From a virus, in the IMG/VR virus record IMGVR_UViG_3300012349_000001: DNA of 60,532 nucleotides; one strand, 5' to 3'. A program made the position numbers and the translations under genes. Positions 16,188 through 24,411 of this stretch are shown here, piece by piece (the stretch's first letter is position 1; the number at the start of each line of letters is the position of its first letter). Under the pieces are notes generated by a model, which worked only from the letters and a program-made list of their open reading frames with translations, had not been told where the DNA came from and searched no databases.

Positions 16188-16398
16188 ATGATCTAAAAGT
16201 CACATGCGGTTATTTTGACGTTGATGGGTTATGGTAGATGTGTACAGCGGCTGCATGAGGCTGGAGGATACTTGCTACGACAAATTAAAACCTGTCGGGG
16301 GACGCCGCTTTCATTGATTGGCAGAGGAAGTGGCGTTTCTCGTTGTGTGAGGATAAAAAGAGGGCTCGACCAAGATAGATGGTCGAGCCCTCTTTTGT
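16188..16398 (+). ncRNA. candidate ~210-nt noncoding transcript
   Basis: Runs from a TAGACA-N18-TATAAT promoter (16152-16181) to the bidirectional terminator. No convincing ORF or SD inside. Confidence 0.3.
16355..16398. terminator. bidirectional intrinsic terminator
   Basis: 13-bp stem AGAGGGCTCGACC/GGTCGAGCCCTCT. T-run on the + strand and TTTTTAT on the - strand. Confidence 0.8.
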
Positions 16399-16408
16399 GC
16401 AGATGAAG

Positions 16409-16609
16409 CTAGAGAGAAAGATCGTTGCCAGTGATGCTGACCGGAGCTGTGACAGGGGATGTGACGTTGCCCACTGCCACTCTATTGAGTGCGTCAAGTG
16501 TCACATCACCAACATTCAGCAGATCAGTGACACTGAGCCCACCAGTGATACCAGCCAGCTCCTCATCAGATAGTTCCCGCTCGTCATTAAAGCCATTGTC
16601 CTTGTCCAT
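16409..16609 (-). CDS. secreted-peptide precursor with a double-glycine leader, 66 aa
   Basis: LSDEELAGITGG matches the leader consensus LSxxELxxIxGG exactly. SD AGGAGGA precedes the start and a strong terminator follows the gene. Confidence 0.7.
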   Translation of the reverse strand: MDKDNGFNDERELSDEELAGITGGLSVTDLLNVGDVTLDALNRVAVGNVTSPVTAPVSITGNDLSL

Positions 16610-16641
16610 CGTTCCTCCTGAGAAAGGTTTTCATCAGTATA

Positions 16642-17361
16642 TCACAGTTTGCCGTGCTTTCTCAATAGCTCTACAGCACTCTCTTGCTGCTCATACGTAA
16701 AATACCTATTCGAGTATCCCTTGCGACTTGTTGGTACTAATGTTACATCCATCCTTTCACCAGCTATGCCGCGCCTGATATACCCGTCTAGGAGTGTGTA
16801 TTCGATGCCAATCTTAGTAGCGAAGTCGCGAGCTGAGAGTATGCCGTCTCCAGATGGCCCTACAATCGATTTCTGAGGCTGCGTTTTTGTGGTGGATGCA
16901 TGAGAGGATGAGACAGGGATAGACATGCTAGGACTATCTGTAGCAGGTTGTGACTGAGCTCTCTCTATCTCGCTTACGCGGCGTTCCAGCTCTTCGATAT
17001 AAGCTTGCTGCATATCGCAACGAGCCTGAAGCTTGCCTAGCTGCTTTACCGTCTCTGCGAGGGTTGTATCTGTCAGAGGCAGGCTGTCTACATCTGTCTC
17101 AGCCTGTCTATTAGTAGATGTGACAGCTTGTGAAGTTCTGAACATGTCTCGCTCACGTTGGACTTCTAAACGCAAATGCTCAACTTGATCTTCAGAGATA
17201 ACGAGCTGACCAGTGGGGGTTTTGCCCTCTTCCGGGACAATCTTGCCTCTCTCAATGTATCTGAGCAATGTCTTATAGCTTATCCCAATACGCTTAGCAG
17301 CACTAAGACCGTTATAGTAGTGCATAGCATGTCTCATCCTGTCTCTATAGTCTTGAGACAA
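16642..17361 (-). CDS. DNA-binding protein with N- and C-terminal HTH-like segments and a central coiled coil, 239 aa
   Basis: GISYKTLLRYIERGKI and SARDFATKIGIEYTLLDGYIRRG. TTG start; an internal ATG is an alternative. Confidence 0.55.
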   Translation of the reverse strand: MSQDYRDRMRHAMHYYNGLSAAKRIGISYKTLLRYIERGKIVPEEGKTPTGQLVISEDQVEHLRLEVQRERDMFRTSQAVTSTNRQAETDVDSLPLTDTTLAETVKQLGKLQARCDMQQAYIEELERRVSEIERAQSQPATDSPSMSIPVSSSHASTTKTQPQKSIVGPSGDGILSARDFATKIGIEYTLLDGYIRRGIAGERMDVTLVPTSRKGYSNRYFTYEQQESAVELLRKHGKL

Positions 17362-17447
17362 AGCTTGCCATTACCGGGACGCCGTGTCAACGAACAAGAG
17401 TTTCAAGGCAACAAAATAGCCCCTCTTGCGAAGGGCTGTACGCGCTA

Positions 17448-17642
17448 CTATTGACAGATATGCACAGAAGGTTGCATTTTACCACAGCAGTCACACCAGT
17501 CCCATTTGTCCGCTTCTGAGTCGCTTGCAATGTTCGTACTCACCTTCTCAGCATATCGCCTATGGCCTTCTGGACTGAGTATTCTTTCGAGATATGCTTG
17601 CCCATAGGCTTGTAACATCTCCGAATATTCGTCTCGTTTCAT
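17448..17642 (-). CDS. small Cys-containing protein, 64 aa
   Basis: SD GGAGATGAGAGG before the ATG; C-terminal sequence CDCCGKMQPSVHIC. Confidence 0.5.
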   Translation of the reverse strand: MKRDEYSEMLQAYGQAYLERILSPEGHRRYAEKVSTNIASDSEADKWDWCDCCGKMQPSVHICQ

Positions 17643-17660
17643 CCTCTCATCTCCTTTCTT

Positions 17661-18752
17661 TCATACATCCAATTCTACCAGATCTTCTAGCGGTCTGGTG
17701 ACTTTTCGATGTCCGTTTGTAACTGGTAACGGATCGGTGTTTTGCTCCGCTTGGCTGGCCGGCAATTCGCCACTATCAGCGGCGTTTTGCTCTGCTCTAT
17801 TCGTCGGCAATGGGACGGTTTTGAGCCAGTCGATAACCGATGATACCAAGATCAAATCTTTGTTCCTTCCAGAGCGTTGAAACGGCGCTCTATTGATCCG
17901 TCGTTTCGATTGTCCGGTGACCTGCATAATCTCGTCCAAAGTGACGGTCTTCTTGTTCTTTGCTAGCCATTCATTCGCCACTTTTGGATAGTTTTCCAGG
18001 ACCTGCAAAAGATCGGTATCCACCGGGTTATGCTCAGCAGATTGAGTAGGCGCTGAGACGTTTTGGGCTGGCTCATTCTGCTCAGTATCCACCGTGTTTG
18101 GAGCAACTGATCCGGGCTCTATAATTGCAGGTGCCTGGGCAAAGATAATTGAGTTTTGCATCTCTTTCAAACGCTGTTTTAGGTCCTCAATTTGCTCTTC
18201 AAAAGCCGCTTTTAATTGCTCCGATTCGCTCTCTATAGCCTGATTTACAATAGCCTCAATATCAGGCTCCATAACGTCTATCGATTCGTCTTTCAAAGTG
18301 TGGATTGCATGACCGAATAAGACCGCCATAACTGAGCGAATGATGAGCAGAATACCCTCTGTGATTTGCATCCATTGGACTGGAACAGCGAACACCCTGC
18401 CAGCCGTTGCAAAGATCATATTAATGACCATCAAAACGATTAATGCGACGCCGATTCCCCTAGCAAATTTGAACTTCTCAGGGTCCTCATCCTTGGTCAA
18501 TTTGATGAGTCCCATTCCTCCCACATCAAGAGCCGCTTGCTGAATGACGAACGCCACAGCATTGATACTCGGTGTAGGCTGTGGGACACCTGGGACAAGC
18601 TCATAGCCGCTATAGAGCACTGAGGCAAAGAGCACAGGCTCAGCAGCTTTACCAGCTAGCCCCAGAAACCAATTCCATAAGGCTGTGATGTAGTTGCTCC
18701 GAACGAAGCCACGCCAGAGCTGACGCCCATTGATACGCTTTAAATTGAACAT
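17661..18752 (-). CDS. polytopic membrane protein with a C-terminal HTH-like region, 363 aa
   Basis: About 4 hydrophobic segments in the N-terminal 170 aa. C-terminal TLDEIMQVTGQSKRRINRA. Confidence 0.6.
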   Translation of the reverse strand: MFNLKRINGRQLWRGFVRSNYITALWNWFLGLAGKAAEPVLFASVLYSGYELVPGVPQPTPSINAVAFVIQQAALDVGGMGLIKLTKDEDPEKFKFARGIGVALIVLMVINMIFATAGRVFAVPVQWMQITEGILLIIRSVMAVLFGHAIHTLKDESIDVMEPDIEAIVNQAIESESEQLKAAFEEQIEDLKQRLKEMQNSIIFAQAPAIIEPGSVAPNTVDTEQNEPAQNVSAPTQSAEHNPVDTDLLQVLENYPKVANEWLAKNKKTVTLDEIMQVTGQSKRRINRAPFQRSGRNKDLILVSSVIDWLKTVPLPTNRAEQNAADSGELPASQAEQNTDPLPVTNGHRKVTRPLEDLVELDV

Positions 18753-19244
18753 TTACCGTTTCCTCCTACGAGTTACTTTCTTCCTAATTCCTAGCTTCTT
18801 TTCCCTCTCAGCAAGTGCAATCCTTCGCTCTCTCGCCTCTAGATTGGCCCGCTTCCTTGCACTTGCCTGCACACGCTTGACGGTCTTGTGAGCCTTCCTG
18901 ACACCTTTCACAGTGCCTGCTACAGCTCGCCCGGTCGCTTTCGCACCAGCCCATAGTACAGCACCAGTCTTGCGAGCGAACCGACCGAAGCTATCACGTG
19001 GCTGCTCTTCACCCGGCATACGATAGGCTGGTAGAGCTTTCTTTGGCCTGGCCTCTACCCGCGTCTGCTTCATCGTGGCCTTAGAGCGTGCTATGGTAGC
19101 CTTGTGCTGCATAGTGTTTGGCTTGCAAGCTTTGGCAGTGGGCCTCACGTTGCGTGTACGGGCCGCTCTCACTGCCTGGGCCTCGGCCTCTTTCCACTCC
19201 TGAGCTGTCATCTTTTTCAGTGGGAGATCTTCCATGCGTTCCAT
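18753..19244 (-). CDS. highly basic Lys/Arg/Ala-rich protein, 163 aa
   Basis: Abuts both neighbours without gaps. Composition suggests nucleic-acid binding. Confidence 0.55.
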   Translation of the reverse strand: MERMEDLPLKKMTAQEWKEAEAQAVRAARTRNVRPTAKACKPNTMQHKATIARSKATMKQTRVEARPKKALPAYRMPGEEQPRDSFGRFARKTGAVLWAGAKATGRAVAGTVKGVRKAHKTVKRVQASARKRANLEARERRIALAEREKKLGIRKKVTRRRKR

Positions 19245-20824
19245 CAGGCGTTCCCCCTCCTGCGCTGGTCGTACTCATCACAGACCGCTTTCACCATCCA
19301 ATATTCATCACCATTCAGATCAAGCATTCCCTGGATGTCAGTCCTCTTTGTGCCATCCCTGTATAAGCCAAGAATGGCTTCTTTCGCCCTTTCGGGTACC
19401 TCTTTGCCCACGGTCTTTCGCGGATACTCCGAAAGTTTCGAGATGTTCTCAACTGGCTCTACAAGGCTTTCGAGACTATTTCGCCATGGTTCGCTGCTTG
19501 CTTGCTTGTTTTCATCGAAATTTCGAGACTGCTGATATTGCCTAAGCTCACTTAATCCAGGTGTATTAGCCCCATGTGGTGAATGCCTTACACGCATTTG
19601 TACAAGCATCTTGCTCACTTTGGATGAGAAAAAGTAGCCTTGCCCATCATGAAGAGAAAGCGTCTCATCATTGGTTATGCCCATAGCAGTGTACTTTTTC
19701 AGATCGTTTAATTCGGTCTGCCGATGGAGCAATTTGACATCACACTGAAGAGCCCGCTTGTCAACCTCTGCTATTTTCTGGCAGATGACCGTCAAGCCCA
19801 GTCCTCGCTTGCGACCCTTCCTCACCATGTCATTGAAGAAAGCATCTTGCAGGCGGTTGAAGATCTCGGTCCCGTTCAACTGACTCTCATTCACATTTTG
19901 TGGGAGCCAGGTCGTTGCCTCTTCTAGTAGGAATTCACACGGGACACGTATCTCGTTCGCTCGCTCTTCCTGCCATTGCTTCATACCAGCGATGATATTG
20001 ACCATGATCTGTGCTGCCTCTGGCATCTCGTATGAGTGCAGGTTAAGCACAGCCTGAATATTCTGCTCTAGGACATGCCTACCGAATTGCTCAGCATTCC
20101 CAACATTGACGACTCGGCTATCTACTCTCATCGCATGAGGCAGATAGCGACGGTCACAGAGAGACTCGTATTCGTTCTCAGTATCTGCCAGCACCATCGG
20201 TACATCTAGACGGCCTAACTCCTCACAAGTCGTTGCTGTACTGTTGCTCTTTCCAGAACCTGAAACCCCCACAATCAGTTTCCTGCCAGACAGGAATTCG
20301 TCAGCATGTGGCTGGTAGTCCTCTGAGATGTTGAGGTATTCATTGACTGGCTTTGCTTGCTCGATTCTTTTCGTGTCATCTTCAGTGTCGTCATCATAGC
20401 CGTACTCATCTAGAAGCGGCATGAGTCGCTGTATGGCAGTTGAAGCAGACCCAACAACCTGAGCAGTCTTCTGTTGCTGGCCTATCAATTGAGCTTGCAT
20501 TTGAAGCAATTCAGTAAGCCCCAGACCCTCAGCAGATCCGATCTGTATCACCTGAGTGCCACGCACCACAATAGCACGTGCCACTTGCTCGCCTTTGCCA
20601 TCCTTGATCACCAGAGTGTGACGACCTTTCCAGATTTTGACGCCTATAGCCGCGCATCCGAGTCCAACCCCTGTGAAAAAGAGGATCTTGAGCCCTGTAA
20701 CAAGGTCCCTCAAGAACGAGAGGAAGCCAGCATGGATAGCCGGATCTAGCAGGAGCAAGAATGATCCAAGAATGATGACACCAATGAAACACAGCCCTGC
20801 GAGGACAGTATCTTTCGTATTCAT
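19244..20824 (-). CDS. membrane-anchored HerA/FtsK-superfamily (DUF87-like) P-loop ATPase, 526 aa
   Basis: N-terminal TM segments; Walker A GVSGSGKS; DTENEY; Walker B LLEEATTWLP; KGRKRGLGLTVICQK. ATGA overlap with the upstream gene; SD GGAGG. Confidence 0.75.
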   Translation of the reverse strand: MNTKDTVLAGLCFIGVIILGSFLLLLDPAIHAGFLSFLRDLVTGLKILFFTGVGLGCAAIGVKIWKGRHTLVIKDGKGEQVARAIVVRGTQVIQIGSAEGLGLTELLQMQAQLIGQQQKTAQVVGSASTAIQRLMPLLDEYGYDDDTEDDTKRIEQAKPVNEYLNISEDYQPHADEFLSGRKLIVGVSGSGKSNSTATTCEELGRLDVPMVLADTENEYESLCDRRYLPHAMRVDSRVVNVGNAEQFGRHVLEQNIQAVLNLHSYEMPEAAQIMVNIIAGMKQWQEERANEIRVPCEFLLEEATTWLPQNVNESQLNGTEIFNRLQDAFFNDMVRKGRKRGLGLTVICQKIAEVDKRALQCDVKLLHRQTELNDLKKYTAMGITNDETLSLHDGQGYFFSSKVSKMLVQMRVRHSPHGANTPGLSELRQYQQSRNFDENKQASSEPWRNSLESLVEPVENISKLSEYPRKTVGKEVPERAKEAILGLYRDGTKRTDIQGMLDLNGDEYWMVKAVCDEYDQRRRGNA

Positions 20825-21174
20825 GCCCTTACCTCCTGCACTCCAAAAAAAGACATGATCGATGGTAAAAGGACACAGGTGAGCTTTATGCAGATAAGCA
20901 GCATAGCCCACGTGACGAACGTTGCAGCTACAGCTACATAATTGCCATTTAACAGGGAAAATGTCGCTTGACATACGCCGCTAAGCGCATGGATGAAGAG
21001 GACAAGCACGCCACATGCCCAGATGAGCACGTAGAATGCAAGAGCAAGTGCGGTCACGATAGCCGCAATGCTCGCGATGTATGCCAAGACCTGCAGCGTT
21101 GACCGTGCAGTCCTGATGAGGTTGTCACTTGGTATAAAAATTGTCATTAGCTTGGCTCCTTGCATGGCTACCAA
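20821..21174 (-). CDS. polytopic small membrane protein, 117 aa
   Basis: 3-4 hydrophobic segments. Translationally coupled to the ATPase gene. Confidence 0.6.
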   Translation of the reverse strand: MVAMQGAKLMTIFIPSDNLIRTARSTLQVLAYIASIAAIVTALALAFYVLIWACGVLVLFIHALSGVCQATFSLLNGNYVAVAATFVTWAMLLICIKLTCVLLPSIMSFFGVQEVRA

Positions 21175-21266
21175 GCTTCTGTTACTATGCTGGCAGCCCT
21201 GGTCTATTCAGGGTGAGTCCAGCCCTGGATTGATTTGCCGTCGCCAGGGCTGGACGCTACGAATTA

Positions 21267-21488
21267 CTACCAGCCACGCTCACGGTTGAGCTTGTGCTGA
21301 ATACGCTCTACATCGGCGTCGCTGATATCCGCAATATGACCAGCATTGCCAGCTCTACCTTGCAGAATGTCTTGCACTCCTCTGGTGTTATAGTGGCGAT
21401 AGAGAGCACCACTGCTACCGCGCATGTATTCTTCAGCAGCTTTTAGCTGAGACTCTTCAGAGCTGTCTTTCCTACTAAACCAACTCAC
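21267..21488 (-). CDS. hypothetical protein, 73 aa
   Basis: GTG start 1 nt after the upstream stop. Confidence 0.5.
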   Translation of the reverse strand: MSWFSRKDSSEESQLKAAEEYMRGSSGALYRHYNTRGVQDILQGRAGNAGHIADISDADVERIQHKLNRERGW

Positions 21489-21489
21489 G

Positions 21490-21843
21490 TCATTCTCCTT
21501 TCTCTGGCAATCGCTCCAATATCAACTTCTGCACCTCAGCTATAGCATCGAAGCGATTTTCCATGTCCTGAAAACCTTCATCCATCTTTTGCTCTAAACG
21601 TGCTACTGTCTGCTTGAGCGTGCTGACATCGGTCTTCAGCGTGCCCACATCCTGCTTGAGCACTCCAATATCCGTGGCCTGCTGTCCGCTCTGCCTCAGA
21701 AGCGTCTCCAGCAGCAGCGTCTCTCCTTCTGTCGGTCGCTGCTCAAGCACAACCCTCATCGGCTCAGTGTGCTGCTCTTTGAGCTTGGCAACTTCAGCTT
21801 TGAGCTCATCGAACTCTTCACGCGTTGGTGGATTCATCCTCAC
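21490..21843 (-). CDS. coiled-coil protein, 117 aa
   Basis: Repeated LKxDVxTLK heptads; SD GGAGGTGAGG. Confidence 0.6.
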   Translation of the reverse strand: MRMNPPTREEFDELKAEVAKLKEQHTEPMRVVLEQRPTEGETLLLETLLRQSGQQATDIGVLKQDVGTLKTDVSTLKQTVARLEQKMDEGFQDMENRFDAIAEVQKLILERLPEKGE

Positions 21844-21959
21844 CTCCTACTAGAACTAATATTCGTTGTACAAATGGTGTACTTTAGCTATACTTACACT
21901 TAAGTAGTTGTTGGCGTGTGGCTGTTTGGCTAATCAACTGGAAAGCCACGCGCCGGGAG

Positions 21960-22229
21960 CTACGCCGCCTCTTCACCCTTCTTGGTTTTTGCGGGATACT
22001 TCCGATCTCGCAAAGGGTTATACAGCTTCAGACCTTCCACCTTATCGATGGTAATCTGCTCTCCGACTTTACTGCTAAGAGCGTCTAGCACCTTCTTGGC
22101 TACATCTTGTGTCGTGTGCTTTTCTCCTTCTTCCATACGGATGATAGTAGATTCAGACACACCAGCCGCTTTTGCCAGCACTCTTCTGCTGATGTAATTA
22201 CTTTCTCGAATTTCTCTAAGAGTCGGCAT
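21960..22229 (-). CDS. XRE/Cro-CI-type HTH regulator, 89 aa
   Basis: ISRRVLAKAAGVSESTIIRMEEGE; SD AAAGGAGG. First gene of the leftward arm. Confidence 0.7.
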   Translation of the reverse strand: MPTLREIRESNYISRRVLAKAAGVSESTIIRMEEGEKHTTQDVAKKVLDALSSKVGEQITIDKVEGLKLYNPLRDRKYPAKTKKGEEAA

Positions 22230-22257
22230 AGCAACCTCCTTTCGTTAGGATAAAAAT

Positions 22258-22287
22258 ATCATACCATACAGCTTAGGTTCTTGTCAA
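22258..22287 (-). promoter_or_regulatory. leftward promoter TTGACA-N18-TATGAT
   Basis: -35 at 22282-22287 and -10 at 22258-22263 on the - strand, with TGG just 5' of the -10 box. Confidence 0.6.
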
Positions 22288-22333
22288 GCATATTTGCTAT
22301 CAATTTTCCTATCAATATTGATTGAATACATGG

Positions 22334-22362
22334 TTGACAACATGCTAGCAATGTGTTATTAT
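22334..22362 (+). promoter_or_regulatory. rightward promoter TTGACA-N17-TATTAT
   Basis: -35 at 22334-22339 and -10 at 22357-22362. CTATCAAT occurs twice, with the palindrome TCAATATTGA just upstream. Confidence 0.65.
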
Positions 22363-22410
22363 AAGAGAGTCGAGAGACACGAAAATCTTGTAAAGCAATG
22401 GAGGGACCCT

Positions 22411-23001
22411 ATGGAGCATGCAACTGAAGGATGCACCTGCGAGGGTAAATTCTGTAAAGATTGCAAGCAAACAAAGTGCTTAGGCCATATGTGCTGGTAC
22501 AATTTCAATGGTCAGAAGCATTATCGCTTCTGGTGCATCTCTTGCTATAGTAATTATAGAAAAGAAAAGGGGGTCACAAAAAGATGGTACCAGAAGCATA
22601 AGGTCGAGAATAACCAATGGCAAAAGAACAATCCTGATAAGGCGGCAAGAAGTACCAAGAAATGGCAAAAGAACAATCCTGATAAGGTAAAAGCAAATCG
22701 ACATGTCGGTAGACAAAAACACAGAGCTAGAAAAAAACGAGCTGTTGGTACTTATACATTCAATGAATGGGCGACACTAAAGGCCAAGTATAACAACACT
22801 TGTCTCCGCTGCGGTCGTAAAGAACCAGAAATCAAGTTGACTGCCGATCATGTTGTACCACTCTCAAAAGGAGGTGATAACTACATAAGCAATATACAGC
22901 CTTTATGTCATTCCTGCAATTCAAGCAAGAGAGCAAAAACCATCGATTATCGTACTCAGAAAGAAACAGAACAGCCCCTGCGCCAACAGAAGCTGTTCTA
23001 G
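22411..23001 (+). CDS. HNH endonuclease with an N-terminal zinc-ribbon/NPDK-repeat region, 196 aa
   Basis: C-terminal CLRCG...LTADHVVPLSKGGDN..NIQPLCHSCNSSK. Start set at MEHATEG, after GGAGGGA. Confidence 0.8.
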   Translation: MEHATEGCTCEGKFCKDCKQTKCLGHMCWYNFNGQKHYRFWCISCYSNYRKEKGVTKRWYQKHKVENNQWQKNNPDKAARSTKKWQKNNPDKVKANRHVGRQKHRARKKRAVGTYTFNEWATLKAKYNNTCLRCGRKEPEIKLTADHVVPLSKGGDNYISNIQPLCHSCNSSKRAKTIDYRTQKETEQPLRQQKLF

Positions 23002-23031
23002 GATTTTACTAAGACACTAAGGAGTTTACCA

Positions 23032-23199
23032 TATGACACAAGCTACATTGCAAGCTCGTAAAGAGCAGTCCAAACCCGTAAAACACAACATCAGCATCAC
23101 AGTCATCCACCAGCCGGGTGTCCGCGGCATCTGCGGACACATCGCTAAATCAGCAGATAGCTACTGTGGCAACCCCCGTTGCTGCCCTTGGGCTTGGTA
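23032..23199 (+). CDS. 55-aa peptide with a Cys-rich C-terminus (GICGHIAKSADSYCGNPRCCPWAW)
   Basis: SD AAGGAG 8 nt before the ATG. Below the 60-aa cutoff of the ORF track. Confidence 0.45.
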
Positions 23200-23253
23200 G
23201 TCTAAACCCCGGGAGTCGGCTCGTCTGGCTCCCTCGTTTCAGGGGAGAAATCA

Positions 23254-23853
23254 ATGAGTGATATACCACAAATACATTGCACAGGATCTTGCGGAAGAAC
23301 TCTTCCGGCCACTGCTGAGTACTTCCATCCCAATAGACACAGGTGCAAACAATGCATAGGAGAATACAACAAGCATTACTATGCCAATAAACAAAACCGC
23401 ATAAAAGAATATAATGGGCATAGAAAAGAGAAGAAACAAGAATACGATAAGCATCGCTATGCTAATCCTGAGATGAGAAGCAATGTAAGGAGACACCAGA
23501 ATCAACAATATCATGATGACCCTGAAATACGCAAACAATGTTACACCCGTGTCCGAAATCGCTACGCACGCAAAAAATCAGTGCAAGGCACTCATACCTC
23601 TGAACAAATTCAAGATCAGCTAAAAAGACAAAAGTATCGTTGCTATTATGCCGCTTGTGGCAACGCCAAGTTCAAAAAGAAAGACGGTAAATACATCTAC
23701 CATATTGATCACACATATCCCATTAGCCGTGTTGCTGGTAGCGATATCCCTGCGAATAGCATCGACTATCTAGTGCTGGCTTGCCCCGCGTGTAATCATA
23801 GCAAAAAGGACAAATTCCCATGGGAGTGGGCAGAAGGAGGTAGGTTATGTTGA
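23254..23853 (+). CDS. HNH endonuclease with an N-terminal zinc-ribbon/NPE-repeat region, 199 aa
   Basis: C-terminal HIDHTYPIS...LACPACNHSKKDK; SD GGGGAGAAA. Confidence 0.8.
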   Translation: MSDIPQIHCTGSCGRTLPATAEYFHPNRHRCKQCIGEYNKHYYANKQNRIKEYNGHRKEKKQEYDKHRYANPEMRSNVRRHQNQQYHDDPEIRKQCYTRVRNRYARKKSVQGTHTSEQIQDQLKRQKYRCYYAACGNAKFKKKDGKYIYHIDHTYPISRVAGSDIPANSIDYLVLACPACNHSKKDKFPWEWAEGGRLC

Positions 23854-24238
23854 ACAGCATCCATTCAATCTTCAAAATCTTCTTCAAAACCAAAGAAGAA
23901 GGGCTATCTCAAAGCGCCTATACGTGAAGTTCTAGAGGCAATCAAGGACGAGCAGTCAGAGCAGTACCATTTCGAGAGAGCACACGATTTGTGGTTAGAG
24001 TGCGATGTAGAGGACATTAAGGCATTTAGGGATAAGATCTATGCTGCTAAGCTGCAAGCTACTGGGAAGGATATGGAGTACTTCTATCGGTGCTTAGAGA
24101 GAGCAGTAAAGAGCAAATAGCTATATTTCTTGGCTAAAGAAGTTAAACGGCAGTATAGCTGCGATGGAACTTTAGCCCCAAAACTGAATAGGGAAGAAAC
24201 AATAAAGCTTCCTCCCATATGGACACGGTGTCCAGACG

Positions 24239-24340
24239 CTACCTAAACGGCATGGCAAAATATACGGCTAAGCCAACGATCGCAAGGAGTACAGCAGCAA
24301 TAAATAAGGCTTCTAGGGCTATCTTGATAGAGTGAAACAT
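24239..24340 (-). CDS. 33-aa hydrophobic peptide MFHSIKIALEALFIAAVLLAIVGLAVYFAMPFR (paralog of 3047-3154)
   Basis: ATG preceded by GGAAAGGAAAA. Shares a 16-nt DNA identity (TAAACGGCATGGCAAA) and the C-terminal FAMPFR with the first copy. Confidence 0.55.
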   Translation of the reverse strand: MFHSIKIALEALFIAAVLLAIVGLAVYFAMPFR

Positions 24341-24411
24341 TATATTTTCCTTTCCATGCTGTAGAACGAGTGAAAGGGGGTGATGTCACTGAACGAGAAA
24401 GGAGGTGATGT

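Noticed and set aside
19081-19545. Overlapping ORFs in alternative frames around the basic-protein/ATPase junction (19081-19281, 19104-19535, 19118-19366, 19234-19545).
   Set aside because: They are shadows of the two - strand genes and have Pro/Ser/Arg-rich compositions.
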